A stretch of DNA of 64,000 nt from positions 800,001 to 864,000 of the forward strand of contig CAVZDU010000001.1 of the NCBI GenBank assembly GCA_963774265.1, in the 5' to 3' direction. A model generated the notes under the pieces. It saw only the letters and a list, made by a program, of their open reading frames with translations. It searched no databases and was not told the DNA's origin. The stretch comes from an uncultured Chloroflexia bacterium. Lineage in GTDB: Bacteria; Chloroflexota; Anaerolineae; CG2-30-64-16. Shown here one piece after another: positions 42,880 through 54,650 of the stretch; the first letter of the stretch is position 1; every line of letters begins with the position of its first letter. Made by a program: the position numbers and the translations under genes.

Positions 42880-43790
42880 ACCGCGGGCGTCTGGACATGC
42901 TCCCCCTTGTCGGTGAACCAGATCGTCACATCCACGCCCACAGTCTGCGCTGCTGCAGCCAGTTCCTGGGCCTGATCGAGAGGGATGCGGGTGTCGGCCC
43001 GGCTATGAACGATGTAGATGGGCCGGCTGCCGGCGTGACGGATCGCGTTGACCGGATCGTGTGCAAGCAGGTTCTCACCGCCGACTACCCGACCCATAAG
43101 GATCGCGCTGGACGCCAGGAAGGCCGGGAAACCCTGAGCCCTCAGATCCTCGGCGATAACCTGCTCCAGGTCGGCATAGGTCGATTCCAGGAACAGCGCG
43201 GCGACACGCGGTTCCGCCACGAGCGCGAACAAGGCGGTGGCCCCGCCCAGGGATTCCCCGAAAAGACCGATGCGCTGCGGATCGTAGCCTCTAGCCGCGA
43301 CCACCCAATCCCATGCGCCAAGCACATCCAGGTACTCCGAGTTGCCTGCTGTGGAACGGCCATCCACCAAGTCCGACTCGCCGATGTTGCGCAGGTCGAT
43401 CATGAGGACGCTGAAGCCGTTGCGCCACAGCATCCCGGCCGGCACCAACACGTCGATGGCGTTCTTGCACCCGCCGAGCCCATGGACGAGGATCACGGCG
43501 GGTTTGCCCGGGGCGCCCGCCACCCACCAGCCGGCGATGGTGATCCCGGGCTGCCGGCTAGGAAAACGGACCGCCTCGTAGCCCGGCATGGCATAACGAG
43601 ACAGATCAATGGGCGGCCAGTTGTCGTCGAAAGCGATCTTGTCCGGGCGGTTGACTGCGTGCGGGTCGCAGGAGCCCTTCACGTCCGCTAACCGCAGATA
43701 GAAGATGATGCCGAAGGCCAGATAGACCAGTGCGACGACGGCGAGTAGCCCGACTACGGCCCGGATGAGGGCGTTGCTTCTGCGTTTCAT
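42819..43790 (-). CDS. membrane-anchored alpha/beta hydrolase
   Basis: N-terminal TM, ILVHGLGG, GESLGG, HSRADTRIP. Confidence 0.88.
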   Translation of the reverse strand: MKRRSNALIRAVVGLLAVVALVYLAFGIIFYLRLADVKGSCDPHAVNRPDKIAFDDNWPPIDLSRYAMPGYEAVRFPSRQPGITIAGWWVAGAPGKPAVILVHGLGGCKNAIDVLVPAGMLWRNGFSVLMIDLRNIGESDLVDGRSTAGNSEYLDVLGAWDWVVAARGYDPQRIGLFGESLGGATALFALVAEPRVAALFLESTYADLEQVIAEDLRAQGFPAFLASSAILMGRVVGGENLLAHDPVNAIRHAGSRPIYIVHSRADTRIPLDQAQELAAAAQTVGVDVTIWFTDKGEHVQTPAVYPQEFEERLVGFFRQSLGQ

Positions 43791-43857
43791 CGCTGTGCGA
43801 TTTCCATCACTGTCTCTTCATTGAGGAATTTGAATCGCAGGCGATGGTCGCCATGGG

Positions 43858-45522
<1,665 letters not shown>

Positions 45523-45610
45523 GGTTGCGATCCTTCCTCGTCAATTGACGCGCCTTTGCGAGGTCATTATACTGCGCGACACCCTTAATGATCCAGCGGG
45601 AAGCTTACTG

Positions 45611-46223
45611 ATGGCCGAGAAAAATATGGACATTCGCCCCCTCACTCTCGAGGGACGCATCGTGCGGCTCGTCCCCCTCGCCGAGGCGCACGTGACGGAG
45701 CTGAGCCAGGTGGGGTTGAGGCCAGATATCTGGCGGCATATGCTCTACGGTGACATCGACAGCGAAGCAAAAATGCTCGGCTTTATCCGGGATTTGCTGC
45801 GACGGCAGGCGCGCGGGACCGATTTGCCCTTCACGGTGATCCTGCAGGCGACGGGCAAGGCCATCGGGTGCACGCGCTACATGGACATCGACACGCCCAA
45901 CCGGGCCCTGGAGGTGGGCGGCACCTGGTATGGCGCGGAGCACCAGCGCACCGGGGTGAACACGGAGTGCAAATACCTACTACTGCGCCACGCGTTCGAG
46001 CGTTGGGGCTGCATTCGCGTGCAGCTCAAGAACAGATCTGAACAATATCCGCTCGCAGCAGGCCATCGAGCGGCTCGGTGCGGTGAAGGAAGGTGTGCTG
46101 CGCAATCACATGATCCGCCCCGATGGGACGGTGCGTGACACGGTGATGTACAGCATCATTGATAGCGAATGGCCGGCGGTGAAGACGCGGCTGGAGGGTC
46201 TACTGGCGCGTGGCGCGGCATAA
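45611..46223 (+). CDS. GNAT (RimJ/RimL-like) N-acetyltransferase (frameshift near 46030)
   Basis: LEVGGTWY, QRTGVNTECKYLLL, then AIERLGAVKEGVLRNH...RDTVMYSI in another frame. Confidence 0.85.
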
Positions 46224-46255
46224 CGGCGCGGGGAATAAAGGTGCCCGGCACCTGG

Positions 46256-46400
46256 CGCGGACGCCCGACCACGCGAACTACGCGGGGACCGGAATCAACA
46301 CGACAACGGCCGTGGGAATTTTTCCGCGCAGTGCGAACCTGGAGACGGGTGTGCTGGACATGAGCGGCAATGTCTGGGAGTGGTGCCGGACCACAGGCTT
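46256..46400 (+). pseudogene. fragment of a formylglycine-generating-enzyme (SUMF1) domain gene
   Basis: HANYAGTGINTTTAVGIFP...GVLDMSGNVWEWC; no start, truncated. Confidence 0.7.
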
Positions 46401-46403
46401 TCA

Positions 46404-48596
46404 TCATTCCAGCTTTAGCTCGTCTCCCAGCAGATAGTGGCTGAACCAGGCCAGGTTCTGGTGCATCACGGCATGGTTTTCGCGCGGCTTGGTGATGGGG
46501 TGGGCCATCCCCGGAAACACGAACAGCTCGACCGGCACGCCCATCTCTTTCAGGCCCCGGTACAGCTCCATGGCGTTGGACAGCGGCACGCGGCGATCCT
46601 CCGTACCGTGCTGGATCAGCATCGGCGTTCGGGCGCGGGCAAGCTGGCTGATGGGCGCCGTCTTGATGTACAGGTCGCGATCTCGAAACGGCGAACCGCA
46701 GAGATAGTCGACGGTAAAGTCCGGGATGTCGTTGCTGATGTGGTATGTGTACCAGTCCGAAATTCCTGCTCCCACCGACACCGCCTGGAAGGCCTCGGAG
46801 TGCAGCCCGGCAAAGGCCGAGATGTAGCCACCCTGAGACCAGCCCATGCACCCGACACGTTCCACGTCGACCCAACCCAATGCCTCCAGGTGGTCGATGG
46901 CGCTCTCCAGATCCCACAGGTCGCCGATGCCCAGGTTGTTCACGTTGAGCTCAGTGAAGGCCTGGCCGCGGCCGATGGAGCCCCGATAGTTGGGCTTCAG
47001 GACCAACATGCCCTTGTCGGCAAACTGCACCGACGGGTAGTAGCCCCGCTCCTCTCCGCCCAGCAGGGTCTCCGGCGAGAACCAGGTCGGCCCGCCGTGC
47101 ACCACGAACACCAGGGGGTGCCTGTGCGTGGGGTCAAATCCCGCAGGTTTCCGCAAGACGCCTTCGATCTCCGTGCCGTCTCGGCTGGTCCAGCGGATCG
47201 TCTCAACCGTGCCAAGTTCCCAGTCCTTCACGGCCTGGCCGAAGCCGGTCAGTTGCCTCACCCGGCGCTGCCCCCCGTCACCCATTGGTTCGGCCAGATA
47301 GACCTCGGGGACGGTCCGCGCATTCGCCCCGATCAGGGCGATTTGCCCGGCGGTGGAGACGTGGAAGCATTGCTTGACCGGGATCGGGGACACGCCTTGC
47401 AGGTCGAGGCGCGCATATTGGCCGTCGGCGGCCAGCCGCACCAACTGCACGCGCGTGCCCTCCGGGCAGGCAGCATACAGCCCGCTCTCCACCCAGTAGG
47501 CTTCCAGCAGCTCCTGGTCGAGCGCAGCGGAGATGTTGTGCATCGCCCCCAGGAAAGCGGCTGGGTTGGGTGAGTCAAGCGCCGCCTGCGTGTCGATCTG
47601 CCACAGATCGAAGCGCGTGTACATCTTGTCGTCGCGGCCCTGGTACAGCACCGCGAGTTGGCGCCCATCAGGGGCAACGGCTGCCACCGACGCAGCACGA
47701 GGCAGTTGGAGGCGCGTTATCTGACCCAGGTGCGACAGGTCCTCCTTCTCCTCTGACTTGCCTTCCGGCGCCGGCTTGTCGCCAGCTTCCCTCTTATCCG
47801 CCGCGCCGTCCTGCGCCTTGGCCTCTTCCCGGCGCACATGCTCGGCAACGGCTGCCCGGGCATCCAGGCGGATGCAGTACGCGCGGGTATCGCGATAGAA
47901 TATCTGGTCTTCCCGCTTCCAGGTGTTCACGTAGATGGCATCGCCCGTTGGCGCGGGAATGACCTCCTGGATGGCGAGGTGCTCCTCCAGCAGGCGGCTC
48001 AGCTCGATCACCGGCGCGGCCAGCTCCTTCGCCTCGTCTTCCGTGGCGGCTTTGAGCTGTGCCTGATATTGCCGCAGTTCCTCTAGCCCGACGTAGTACA
48101 GCGCTGAGGGGCTATCTTCCTGCTCGACGTGGGTGTACTTGCCAAAGCGGCCGGCGCGCGGCTTGTTCTCGTCGCGCTCGGGGTGGCGCGCCCGGTACAG
48201 GATTCCGCCTGCGAAGGGCTTGAACCACTCCACCCCAGTCTTGTGATCGGTCACTGCCCAGCCGTCGCCGGTCAGGCTCTCATACAGCCAAACCTGGGCC
48301 TTGGCGTCATCGCCCCGCTTGAGCAGGGCCAGGGTTTCATCGTCCAACCACTCCATCTGCAGGGCGCTGTCCGTCCGGTTGAGGGGATTGACAGCGCCGG
48401 TCGCCAGGTCGTGGACGTGGCAGATGGTGTCGTAGCGGTTTTCTCTCCAGTTGGTGGTGCGGATGCCGAAGGCGACGCGGCGGCCGCCGGGCGACACCTT
48501 GACGGCCACCGGGGTTTCCAGCATGACCATGTCCCGCAGGGTTGGTTGGTAGCGCGCGTTGGTTTCAGATGGTCTCTCTGCAGCAGTGGCTATCAT
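46404..48596 (-). CDS. S9 family (prolyl oligopeptidase/acylaminoacyl) peptidase
   Basis: VHGGP, PNYRGSIGRG, GWSQGG, QHGTEDRRVP. Confidence 0.93.
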   Translation of the reverse strand: MIATAAERPSETNARYQPTLRDMVMLETPVAVKVSPGGRRVAFGIRTTNWRENRYDTICHVHDLATGAVNPLNRTDSALQMEWLDDETLALLKRGDDAKAQVWLYESLTGDGWAVTDHKTGVEWFKPFAGGILYRARHPERDENKPRAGRFGKYTHVEQEDSPSALYYVGLEELRQYQAQLKAATEDEAKELAAPVIELSRLLEEHLAIQEVIPAPTGDAIYVNTWKREDQIFYRDTRAYCIRLDARAAVAEHVRREEAKAQDGAADKREAGDKPAPEGKSEEKEDLSHLGQITRLQLPRAASVAAVAPDGRQLAVLYQGRDDKMYTRFDLWQIDTQAALDSPNPAAFLGAMHNISAALDQELLEAYWVESGLYAACPEGTRVQLVRLAADGQYARLDLQGVSPIPVKQCFHVSTAGQIALIGANARTVPEVYLAEPMGDGGQRRVRQLTGFGQAVKDWELGTVETIRWTSRDGTEIEGVLRKPAGFDPTHRHPLVFVVHGGPTWFSPETLLGGEERGYYPSVQFADKGMLVLKPNYRGSIGRGQAFTELNVNNLGIGDLWDLESAIDHLEALGWVDVERVGCMGWSQGGYISAFAGLHSEAFQAVSVGAGISDWYTYHISNDIPDFTVDYLCGSPFRDRDLYIKTAPISQLARARTPMLIQHGTEDRRVPLSNAMELYRGLKEMGVPVELFVFPGMAHPITKPRENHAVMHQNLAWFSHYLLGDELKLE

Positions 48597-48689
48597 GGCT
48601 GGGTGCTCCCCTCCGGTTTTGACTGGCGCCTGCCCGGCACGCCGGCATAGTACATGGCCGTCACAGGCCCCGGCGCGGCGTCTCCTTAC

Positions 48690-50063
48690 CTACATTTCCG
48701 CCGCGATCTTCTCCCACACCAGGCCAAAGGCTTGCTTCCCCTTTTCGAAGCTGGCGAGGCGGAGGAATTCGTCGGGGGCGTGGTGTCGTTCGTCCTCCAG
48801 CGCGAAGGCGAGGGTCACGGTGTGGACGCCGAGAACGCGCAGGAAGCTCATGAGCACGGGCACGCTGCCCCCCATGCGTACGTAGTGCGGCGGGTTTCCA
48901 AACAGATCGGTCAGTACGCCGCCGACGAGGCGATTGGCCGGGTGGTCGGCGGGCATGAGGTACGGATAGGCGGTGCCGGGCAACTGGGCCGTCGGCACGC
49001 GCACGCCGGGGGGCGCATGGCGCGCCACATGGCTGGCGACGGCGGCATAGATCCGATTCGGGTCTTGATCGGCGACCAGGCGGCAGGTGATCTTGGCGTG
49101 CGCTTCGTTAGGCAGGACGGTCTTGACGCCCTCCCCCTGGAAGCCGCCGTAGATGCCGTTGATCTCCACCGTCGGCCGCGCCCAGGCGCGTTCGACCGAG
49201 GTGTAGCCCGGTTCGCCGAAGGGGGCGTCGACGCCGAGTCCGGCCAGGTACGCCGGCTCGTCGAAGGGCACCGCGGCGATTTGCGCCCGATCTTCTTCCG
49301 TCAGGTCGATCACATCATCGAAGAAACCATCGACGATAATTTTGCCGTCCGGTGACCGCATGCTGTCCAGGATGCGCACCAGGGCATGGATCGGGTTCGC
49401 GATGACGCCGCCATAGATGCCCGAGTGGAGATCGGTCTTCGCGCCGTAGACATCGATCTGCAGGGATACAAGCCCCTTGAAGCCGATGAGGAGCACCGGC
49501 TGGTCTTCGCTCTCCTGTGCGCCGTCTGCGCTGATCACCAGGTCGGCCTTGAGCAACTCCTTGTGCTCAGCCACGAAGGGGACGAACTCCGGGCTGCCGA
49601 TTTCTTCTTGCCCCTCGAAGATGAATTTCAGGTTGATGGGCAGCTTGCCCTCGGTCCTGAGAAATGCTTCGGCCACGAGGATCGGGATGAGCATGTTGCC
49701 CTTATCGTCGCCCGCACCGCGGGCATAGACGCGACCGTCTCGCACGGTTGGCTCGAAGGGCGGGTTGGTCCAGAGCGCCAGTGGGTCGGCCGGTTGCACG
49801 TCGAAGTGCCCATAGATGAGCACCGTGGGCCGGCCGGCCGCGTGCAGCCAATCACCGTAGACGACCGGATGGCCGGCGGTGGGCATAACTTGTACGTGCT
49901 CGATGCCCGCACGTTTGAGGCGGCCGGCGGTCCATTGGGCCGCCTGCTCCACGTCGGGCAAATGCTCCTTGAGAGAGGAAATCGACGGAATGCGCAAAAA
50001 GTCGAGCATGTCGGCCAGCGCGGCATCGCGCTGTTCTGCAAGATAGGTTTCCCAGGGCTTCAT
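48690..50063 (-). CDS. M20 family dipeptidase
   Basis: YGHFDVQPAD, ARGAGDDKG, EGQEEIGS, DLHSG, HAPDE. Confidence 0.92.
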   Translation of the reverse strand: MKPWETYLAEQRDAALADMLDFLRIPSISSLKEHLPDVEQAAQWTAGRLKRAGIEHVQVMPTAGHPVVYGDWLHAAGRPTVLIYGHFDVQPADPLALWTNPPFEPTVRDGRVYARGAGDDKGNMLIPILVAEAFLRTEGKLPINLKFIFEGQEEIGSPEFVPFVAEHKELLKADLVISADGAQESEDQPVLLIGFKGLVSLQIDVYGAKTDLHSGIYGGVIANPIHALVRILDSMRSPDGKIIVDGFFDDVIDLTEEDRAQIAAVPFDEPAYLAGLGVDAPFGEPGYTSVERAWARPTVEINGIYGGFQGEGVKTVLPNEAHAKITCRLVADQDPNRIYAAVASHVARHAPPGVRVPTAQLPGTAYPYLMPADHPANRLVGGVLTDLFGNPPHYVRMGGSVPVLMSFLRVLGVHTVTLAFALEDERHHAPDEFLRLASFEKGKQAFGLVWEKIAAEM

Positions 50064-50210
50064 AACAACTCCTCGCCATCCGAATGATGGGAAATGGTCA
50101 GCGTCATGCGCGTTCCGGCGATTATACTTCCCTTCGATGGCCGAGGGAAATGGACAGCCGCGCTCGGGGCGGGTATGATGGCGGCAAAGCAAAGCCACAG
50201 GAGGGATCTC

Positions 50211-50672
50211 ATGGGTGAACTGCGCTCCCACGAGGGGCTGTACTTTGAGGATTACGAGGCCGGCGACAGCGTGACGAGCCAGGGCCGCACGGTGACGGAA
50301 GCGGACATCGTGAACTTTGCGGCGCTCAGCGGCGACTGGAATGCCATTCACGTCGACGCGGAGTACGCCAAGGGCGGGATGTTCGGCGAGCGCATCGCGC
50401 ACGGCCTGCTGGGCCTGTCCATCGCCACAGGCCTGGCCGTGCGCCTCGGTTTCATGGATGAGACAGTGATTGCGTTCATGGGGCTGGACTGGAAATTCCG
50501 GGGAGCGATCAAGATCGGTGACACGATCAGGGTGCGCGCCGAAGTCGCGGAGAAAAAGTCCGCGCCGCGACTGGGCGGCGGGTTGGTCACCTTCAATGTG
50601 GAGGTCCTCAACCAGCGGGGAGAGCCGGTGCAAAGAGGAACGTGGACGATGCTGGTCAAGATGCGGGGATAA
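50211..50672 (+). CDS. MaoC-family (hot-dog fold) dehydratase
   Basis: RTVTEADIVNFAALSGDWNAIHVD, ERIAHG. Confidence 0.92.
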   Translation: MGELRSHEGLYFEDYEAGDSVTSQGRTVTEADIVNFAALSGDWNAIHVDAEYAKGGMFGERIAHGLLGLSIATGLAVRLGFMDETVIAFMGLDWKFRGAIKIGDTIRVRAEVAEKKSAPRLGGGLVTFNVEVLNQRGEPVQRGTWTMLVKMRG

Positions 50673-50681
50673 GGCGGCGCC

Positions 50682-51959
50682 TCAACCCCGCATGAGGCGG
50701 CCGCGCTTCACCACCGTGTGAACCAGGTTCGTCCCGTACCGGTAGGGCAACATCCGGTAGTCGTCCGCGTCCAGGATGAGGAGGTCTGCCTGTTTGCCCC
50801 TGTCGAGGCTGCCCACTAGATGCCCCAGCCCGATCGCGTAGGCTGCGTTAAGCGTGGCGCCGACCAGCGCCTCGGCAGGGAGCAGCTTCATATAGCGGCA
50901 CGCCAGGGCCAGCATGAATTGCATGTTCTCGCACCAGGACGTGCCCGGGTTGAGGTCCGTGGCGAGCGCCAACGCGCCGCCGCCGTCGATGAGCGCACGG
51001 CCGGGGCTGTAGTCGCGGTGGGCCAGGCCGAATGGCGTGCCCGGCAGCGCCACGCCGATCGTCGCGGATCTGGCCAGCGCCGCGACGTGATCCGCGGGGG
51101 TCGTGACGATATGGTCAGCGGACACGGCCCCCAGCTCAATCGCCAGCGGCGTGCCGCCCAGGGGTGCGAACTCATCTACGTGGATTTTCAGGCCGAAGCC
51201 CAGCCGCTTTGCCGCTTCGAGGATGCGGCGGGACTGCTCCAGGTCGAAGGCGCCGTCCTCACAAAAGACATCGCAGAAGATGGGCCAACCCACGGGGAAG
51301 GCCTGCCGCAGCTCCCCCCATTTCGCCCAGGCCGCGGGCAGCATCTCCTCGACGACCAGGTCCACGTAGGCGCCGGTCCGGCCGCGGTATTCCGCGGGCA
51401 CGGCATGCGCGCCGAGAAAAGTCGGTGTGAGGTCCAGTGGCCCCTGTCTCTGCAGGACGGCGATTGCCTCCAGTTGTTTGAGCTCATCGGGGATGTTCAG
51501 ACCGTAGCCGGTCTTGGCTTCCGCGGTGGTGGTGCCGTAACGCGACATGCACGCTGCGCGCTCCGCGGTCTCCCGAACCAGTCCGTCGAGGGATGCGGCG
51601 CGGGTGTCGGTCACGGTGCGGACGATGCCCCCGCCCGCGGCCATGATCTCCATGTACGTCGCGCCGCCGATGCGCAGCTCGAACTCGGCCGCGCGGTGGC
51701 CGGCCCAGGGCAGATGCGTGTGCGGATCGACGAAGCCCGGGATGACGGCGCGGCCGCCCGCGTCGAGATGGGCATCGGCATCGACCGAAGGGGCCAGCTC
51801 AGACTCCTGCCCGATCTCGGCGATGCGGCCAGCCCGGATCGCGACGGCGCCGCGGTCGATGATGCCGAGCTCTCGCATGGCGGCTCCACGACGTGGTCCT
51901 GGCGGACCCGCGAGGGTGACGAGTTGGCCGATGTTGTGGATGAGCAGGTCAGCGTGCAT
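50682..51959 (-). CDS. hutI: imidazolonepropionase
   Basis: PGFVDPHTHL, AGGGIVRTV, KTGYGL, DVFCEDGAF, ATDLNPG. Confidence 0.95.
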   Translation of the reverse strand: MHADLLIHNIGQLVTLAGPPGPRRGAAMRELGIIDRGAVAIRAGRIAEIGQESELAPSVDADAHLDAGGRAVIPGFVDPHTHLPWAGHRAAEFELRIGGATYMEIMAAGGGIVRTVTDTRAASLDGLVRETAERAACMSRYGTTTAEAKTGYGLNIPDELKQLEAIAVLQRQGPLDLTPTFLGAHAVPAEYRGRTGAYVDLVVEEMLPAAWAKWGELRQAFPVGWPIFCDVFCEDGAFDLEQSRRILEAAKRLGFGLKIHVDEFAPLGGTPLAIELGAVSADHIVTTPADHVAALARSATIGVALPGTPFGLAHRDYSPGRALIDGGGALALATDLNPGTSWCENMQFMLALACRYMKLLPAEALVGATLNAAYAIGLGHLVGSLDRGKQADLLILDADDYRMLPYRYGTNLVHTVVKRGRLMRG

Positions 51960-52088
51960 GGCAAGTCTCCTCCGCCGATGATACCTTGTTAAGTGGATAG
52001 ATGCCAAGGGAGACGAGTCTTCTGTATCTTGGGTTCTTTGCGGTTAAGGCCGTAAGCTATGCTACAATGAGATTTCTAAGGAGAGCGG

Positions 52089-53084
52089 ATGGCGACCTGG
52101 CCGGTGGTTGGACATGAGTGGGCGACGGAGCTGCTGGCGCAGGCGGTGCGCAGCGGCCGGGTGAGTCATGCCTACCTGTTCCTTGGACCCGACCAGGTGG
52201 GCAAGACGACGGTGGCGATGGCGTTCGCGCGTGCACTGGTGTGCGAGCGAGGCGACGGTGGACCCTGCAGCGAGGCGGACAGTTGCCGGTCTTGCCGGCG
52301 CACCGCCGAAGGCCGCTACCCGGACGTCCAGGTGATCGCCGCCGAGAAGAACTGGATCCAGATCGAGCAGGTGCGGAATCTGCAAGCTGATGCGGCGATC
52401 GCTCCGTTGGAGGGCAAGCGCAAGGTATTCATTATCCGGGAGATCGAACGCGCGACACTGCCAGCGGCCAACGCGCTGCTCAAGACGCTGGAAGAGCCAC
52501 CTTCGCAGGTCGTGTTGTTGCTGACCAGCAACCGCCGCGACCTGGTGCTGCCCACCGTGCTCTCCCGCTGCCAGATCGTTGCATTGCGAACGCTGCCCAT
52601 CGCAGAGGTGCAAGACGCACTGCAAGTTCGCTGGGGCGTGGAAGATGATCAGGCTGCTCTGCTGGCACGTTTGAGCGGCGGCCGATTAGGTTGGGCTGTC
52701 ACTGCGGCCACGGACCCCGACGTGTGGCAAACCCGCGCAAAATACCTGGATGATCTCTTGACCCTGACGGGCGAAGGTGTGATCAAACGCCTGGCCTATG
52801 CCGAGGATCTGAGCCGAGTCAGCGAGGGCGTCGAGACTGCCTTGGGCTTCTGGGCGAGCTGGTGGCGCGACTTGCTGCTGGTGCAGCAGGGACAGCCTGA
52901 GGCGCTGCTTAATCTGGACCGCAAGACGCAACTGATCCAGCAGGCGGATCTCTACCGGCCCGAGCAGGTGCATGGGGCGCTCGCCGACCTGGTGCAAACG
53001 CTACGGCGGGTGCGGGGCAACGTCAACCTGCGGCTGGCGCTGGACGTATTGCTGCTGCGTATGCCGCGGCCCATCGTCACGTGA
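52089..53084 (+). CDS. holB: DNA polymerase III subunit delta'
   Basis: HAYLFLGPDQVGK, zinc-binding Cys cluster, ANALLKTLEEP, TVLSRC. Confidence 0.95.
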   Translation: MATWPVVGHEWATELLAQAVRSGRVSHAYLFLGPDQVGKTTVAMAFARALVCERGDGGPCSEADSCRSCRRTAEGRYPDVQVIAAEKNWIQIEQVRNLQADAAIAPLEGKRKVFIIREIERATLPAANALLKTLEEPPSQVVLLLTSNRRDLVLPTVLSRCQIVALRTLPIAEVQDALQVRWGVEDDQAALLARLSGGRLGWAVTAATDPDVWQTRAKYLDDLLTLTGEGVIKRLAYAEDLSRVSEGVETALGFWASWWRDLLLVQQGQPEALLNLDRKTQLIQQADLYRPEQVHGALADLVQTLRRVRGNVNLRLALDVLLLRMPRPIVT

Positions 53085-53116
53085 GCTGCCGGGACCAATT
53101 TTCACAGGAGCGAAAC

Positions 53117-54122
53117 ATGCCAACGGTAGTCGGTGTGGCATTCAGACCCGTTACAAAAATATACTACTTCGATCCGTTGGAGTTGATCGACCTACAGCCG
53201 GACGAAAACGTTGTTGTGGAGACCTCGCGCGGCCGGACCCTGGGGCAAGTCGTGTTCGCCCCAAGGGAGGTCAGCGAGAACGAGCTGAGCGGCATCGTTG
53301 AAACCCGTCGTGCGCCGTGCAACCGCGTGGGACATGGTGCAGGCCGATCAGATGGCTCACCGTGAGCCGGAAGCGCTGGTCATCGCAGCCGAGCGGGCGC
53401 AGGCGCTCGGTATGTCGATCAAGATCGTCAAGGTGGAGTTCAGCTTCGATGGCACCAGCGCGGTGGTCTACTTCACCTCGGAGCAGCGCGTCGACTTCCG
53501 CAACCTGGTGCACGATCTGTCGCAGGCATTGCATACCCGGGTGGAGATGCGCCAGGTGGGCGTGCGCGACGAGGCGAAGTTCCTTGGCGGGTTCGGCAAG
53601 TGCGGCCGTGAGCTGTGCTGCGCGACCTGGCTGCGGGAGTTTGCGCCGGTGTCGATCAAGATGGCCAAGGCGCAGGACCTGCCGTTGAATGCACCCGAAG
53701 TGTCAGGTGTGTGCGGCCGCCTGCTGTGCTGCCTGGCCTACGAAAACGATTTCTACACTGAGGCTCGGAAGCAGATGCCCCGCATCAACAGCGTTGTCGA
53801 GACGCCAGAGGGCCCGGGGAGAGTCCGACAAGTGCATGTGTTGGCGAAGCGGATCACCGTGCTGGTCGAGGGGCCGAACGAGACGCGGAGTTGGGTGCAG
53901 ATGGATGTGCCCGAGCCTGAGTTCACCCTGCCCGCACAAAGCGCGCATGCCCTGACCACAGCGTCTGCAGGCGCCCAGGGCGGGGATGAAGACGCGGTGG
54001 AAGATGACCTGGATGTATTGCGCGATCATGCGATCCCGAGGGCTCAGGGGGGACATCAACAATCACCCGAACATGTGGGTGGCTCGAGGCCGAGATCGAG
54101 GGGATCACGGCGCAGGAAATGA
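53117..54122 (+). CDS. ricT: PSP1-domain RicT/YaaT protein (frameshift near 53297)
   Basis: RVDFRNLV, GKCGRELCC, SIKMAKAQ, SGVCGRLLCCLAYE; follows holB. Confidence 0.88.
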
Positions 54123-54196
54123 TCAGATTTGCATAGAGTACGAGCGGATAGTACCTCTCTATCCGCTCGTTTCGTCGCCTGGGGAATCCTTGCGCC

Positions 54197-54460
54197 TTAG
54201 CTGCGTGGGGAAATGACGAGCTTGACCGCTGTGCGATCCTTGCCTTCGATATCGATCTCGACAAATTCGGGATAGCAGACGATATCGATGCCGTCCAACA
54301 ACAGGTAGTTGCGCGCGATGGCCATGGCTTTGACGGCCTGGTTCACGGCGCTTGCACCGATCGCCTGGACTTCGGCGTGTTTGAAGTCCCGCATAACGCC
54401 GGCGATTGCGCCGGCAACGGCCGTGGATCGAGAGTGGGCCGAAACTTTGATAACGTCCAT
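54197..54460 (-). CDS. spoVS: SpoVS family protein
   Basis: IKVSAHS, VAGAIAG, QAIGASAVNQAVKAMAIAR. Confidence 0.95.
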   Translation of the reverse strand: MDVIKVSAHSRSTAVAGAIAGVMRDFKHAEVQAIGASAVNQAVKAMAIARNYLLLDGIDIVCYPEFVEIDIEGKDRTAVKLVISPRS

Positions 54461-54650
54461 GTTGGCTCCCTCCGGGCAGTGAGACGGCCTATTTTGCCTA
54501 TGTGGCGGTCTCCGTCGGCACGACCGCTACGTAGATGCTTTCCTTATCTTACACCTTCCTTCGGACAAAATCAAGCGTGGCTGCAACACTCACGGTCGAT
54601 TCTTGTGGCATGACCAGTCACAAGCAGGGTCGCAACGCGAAGTTGCCAAC

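Noticed and set aside
46256-46400. Diversity-generating retroelement template or target
   Set aside because: No reverse transcriptase, no TR/VR pair differing at adenines, and the fragment stops before the region DGRs usually diversify.
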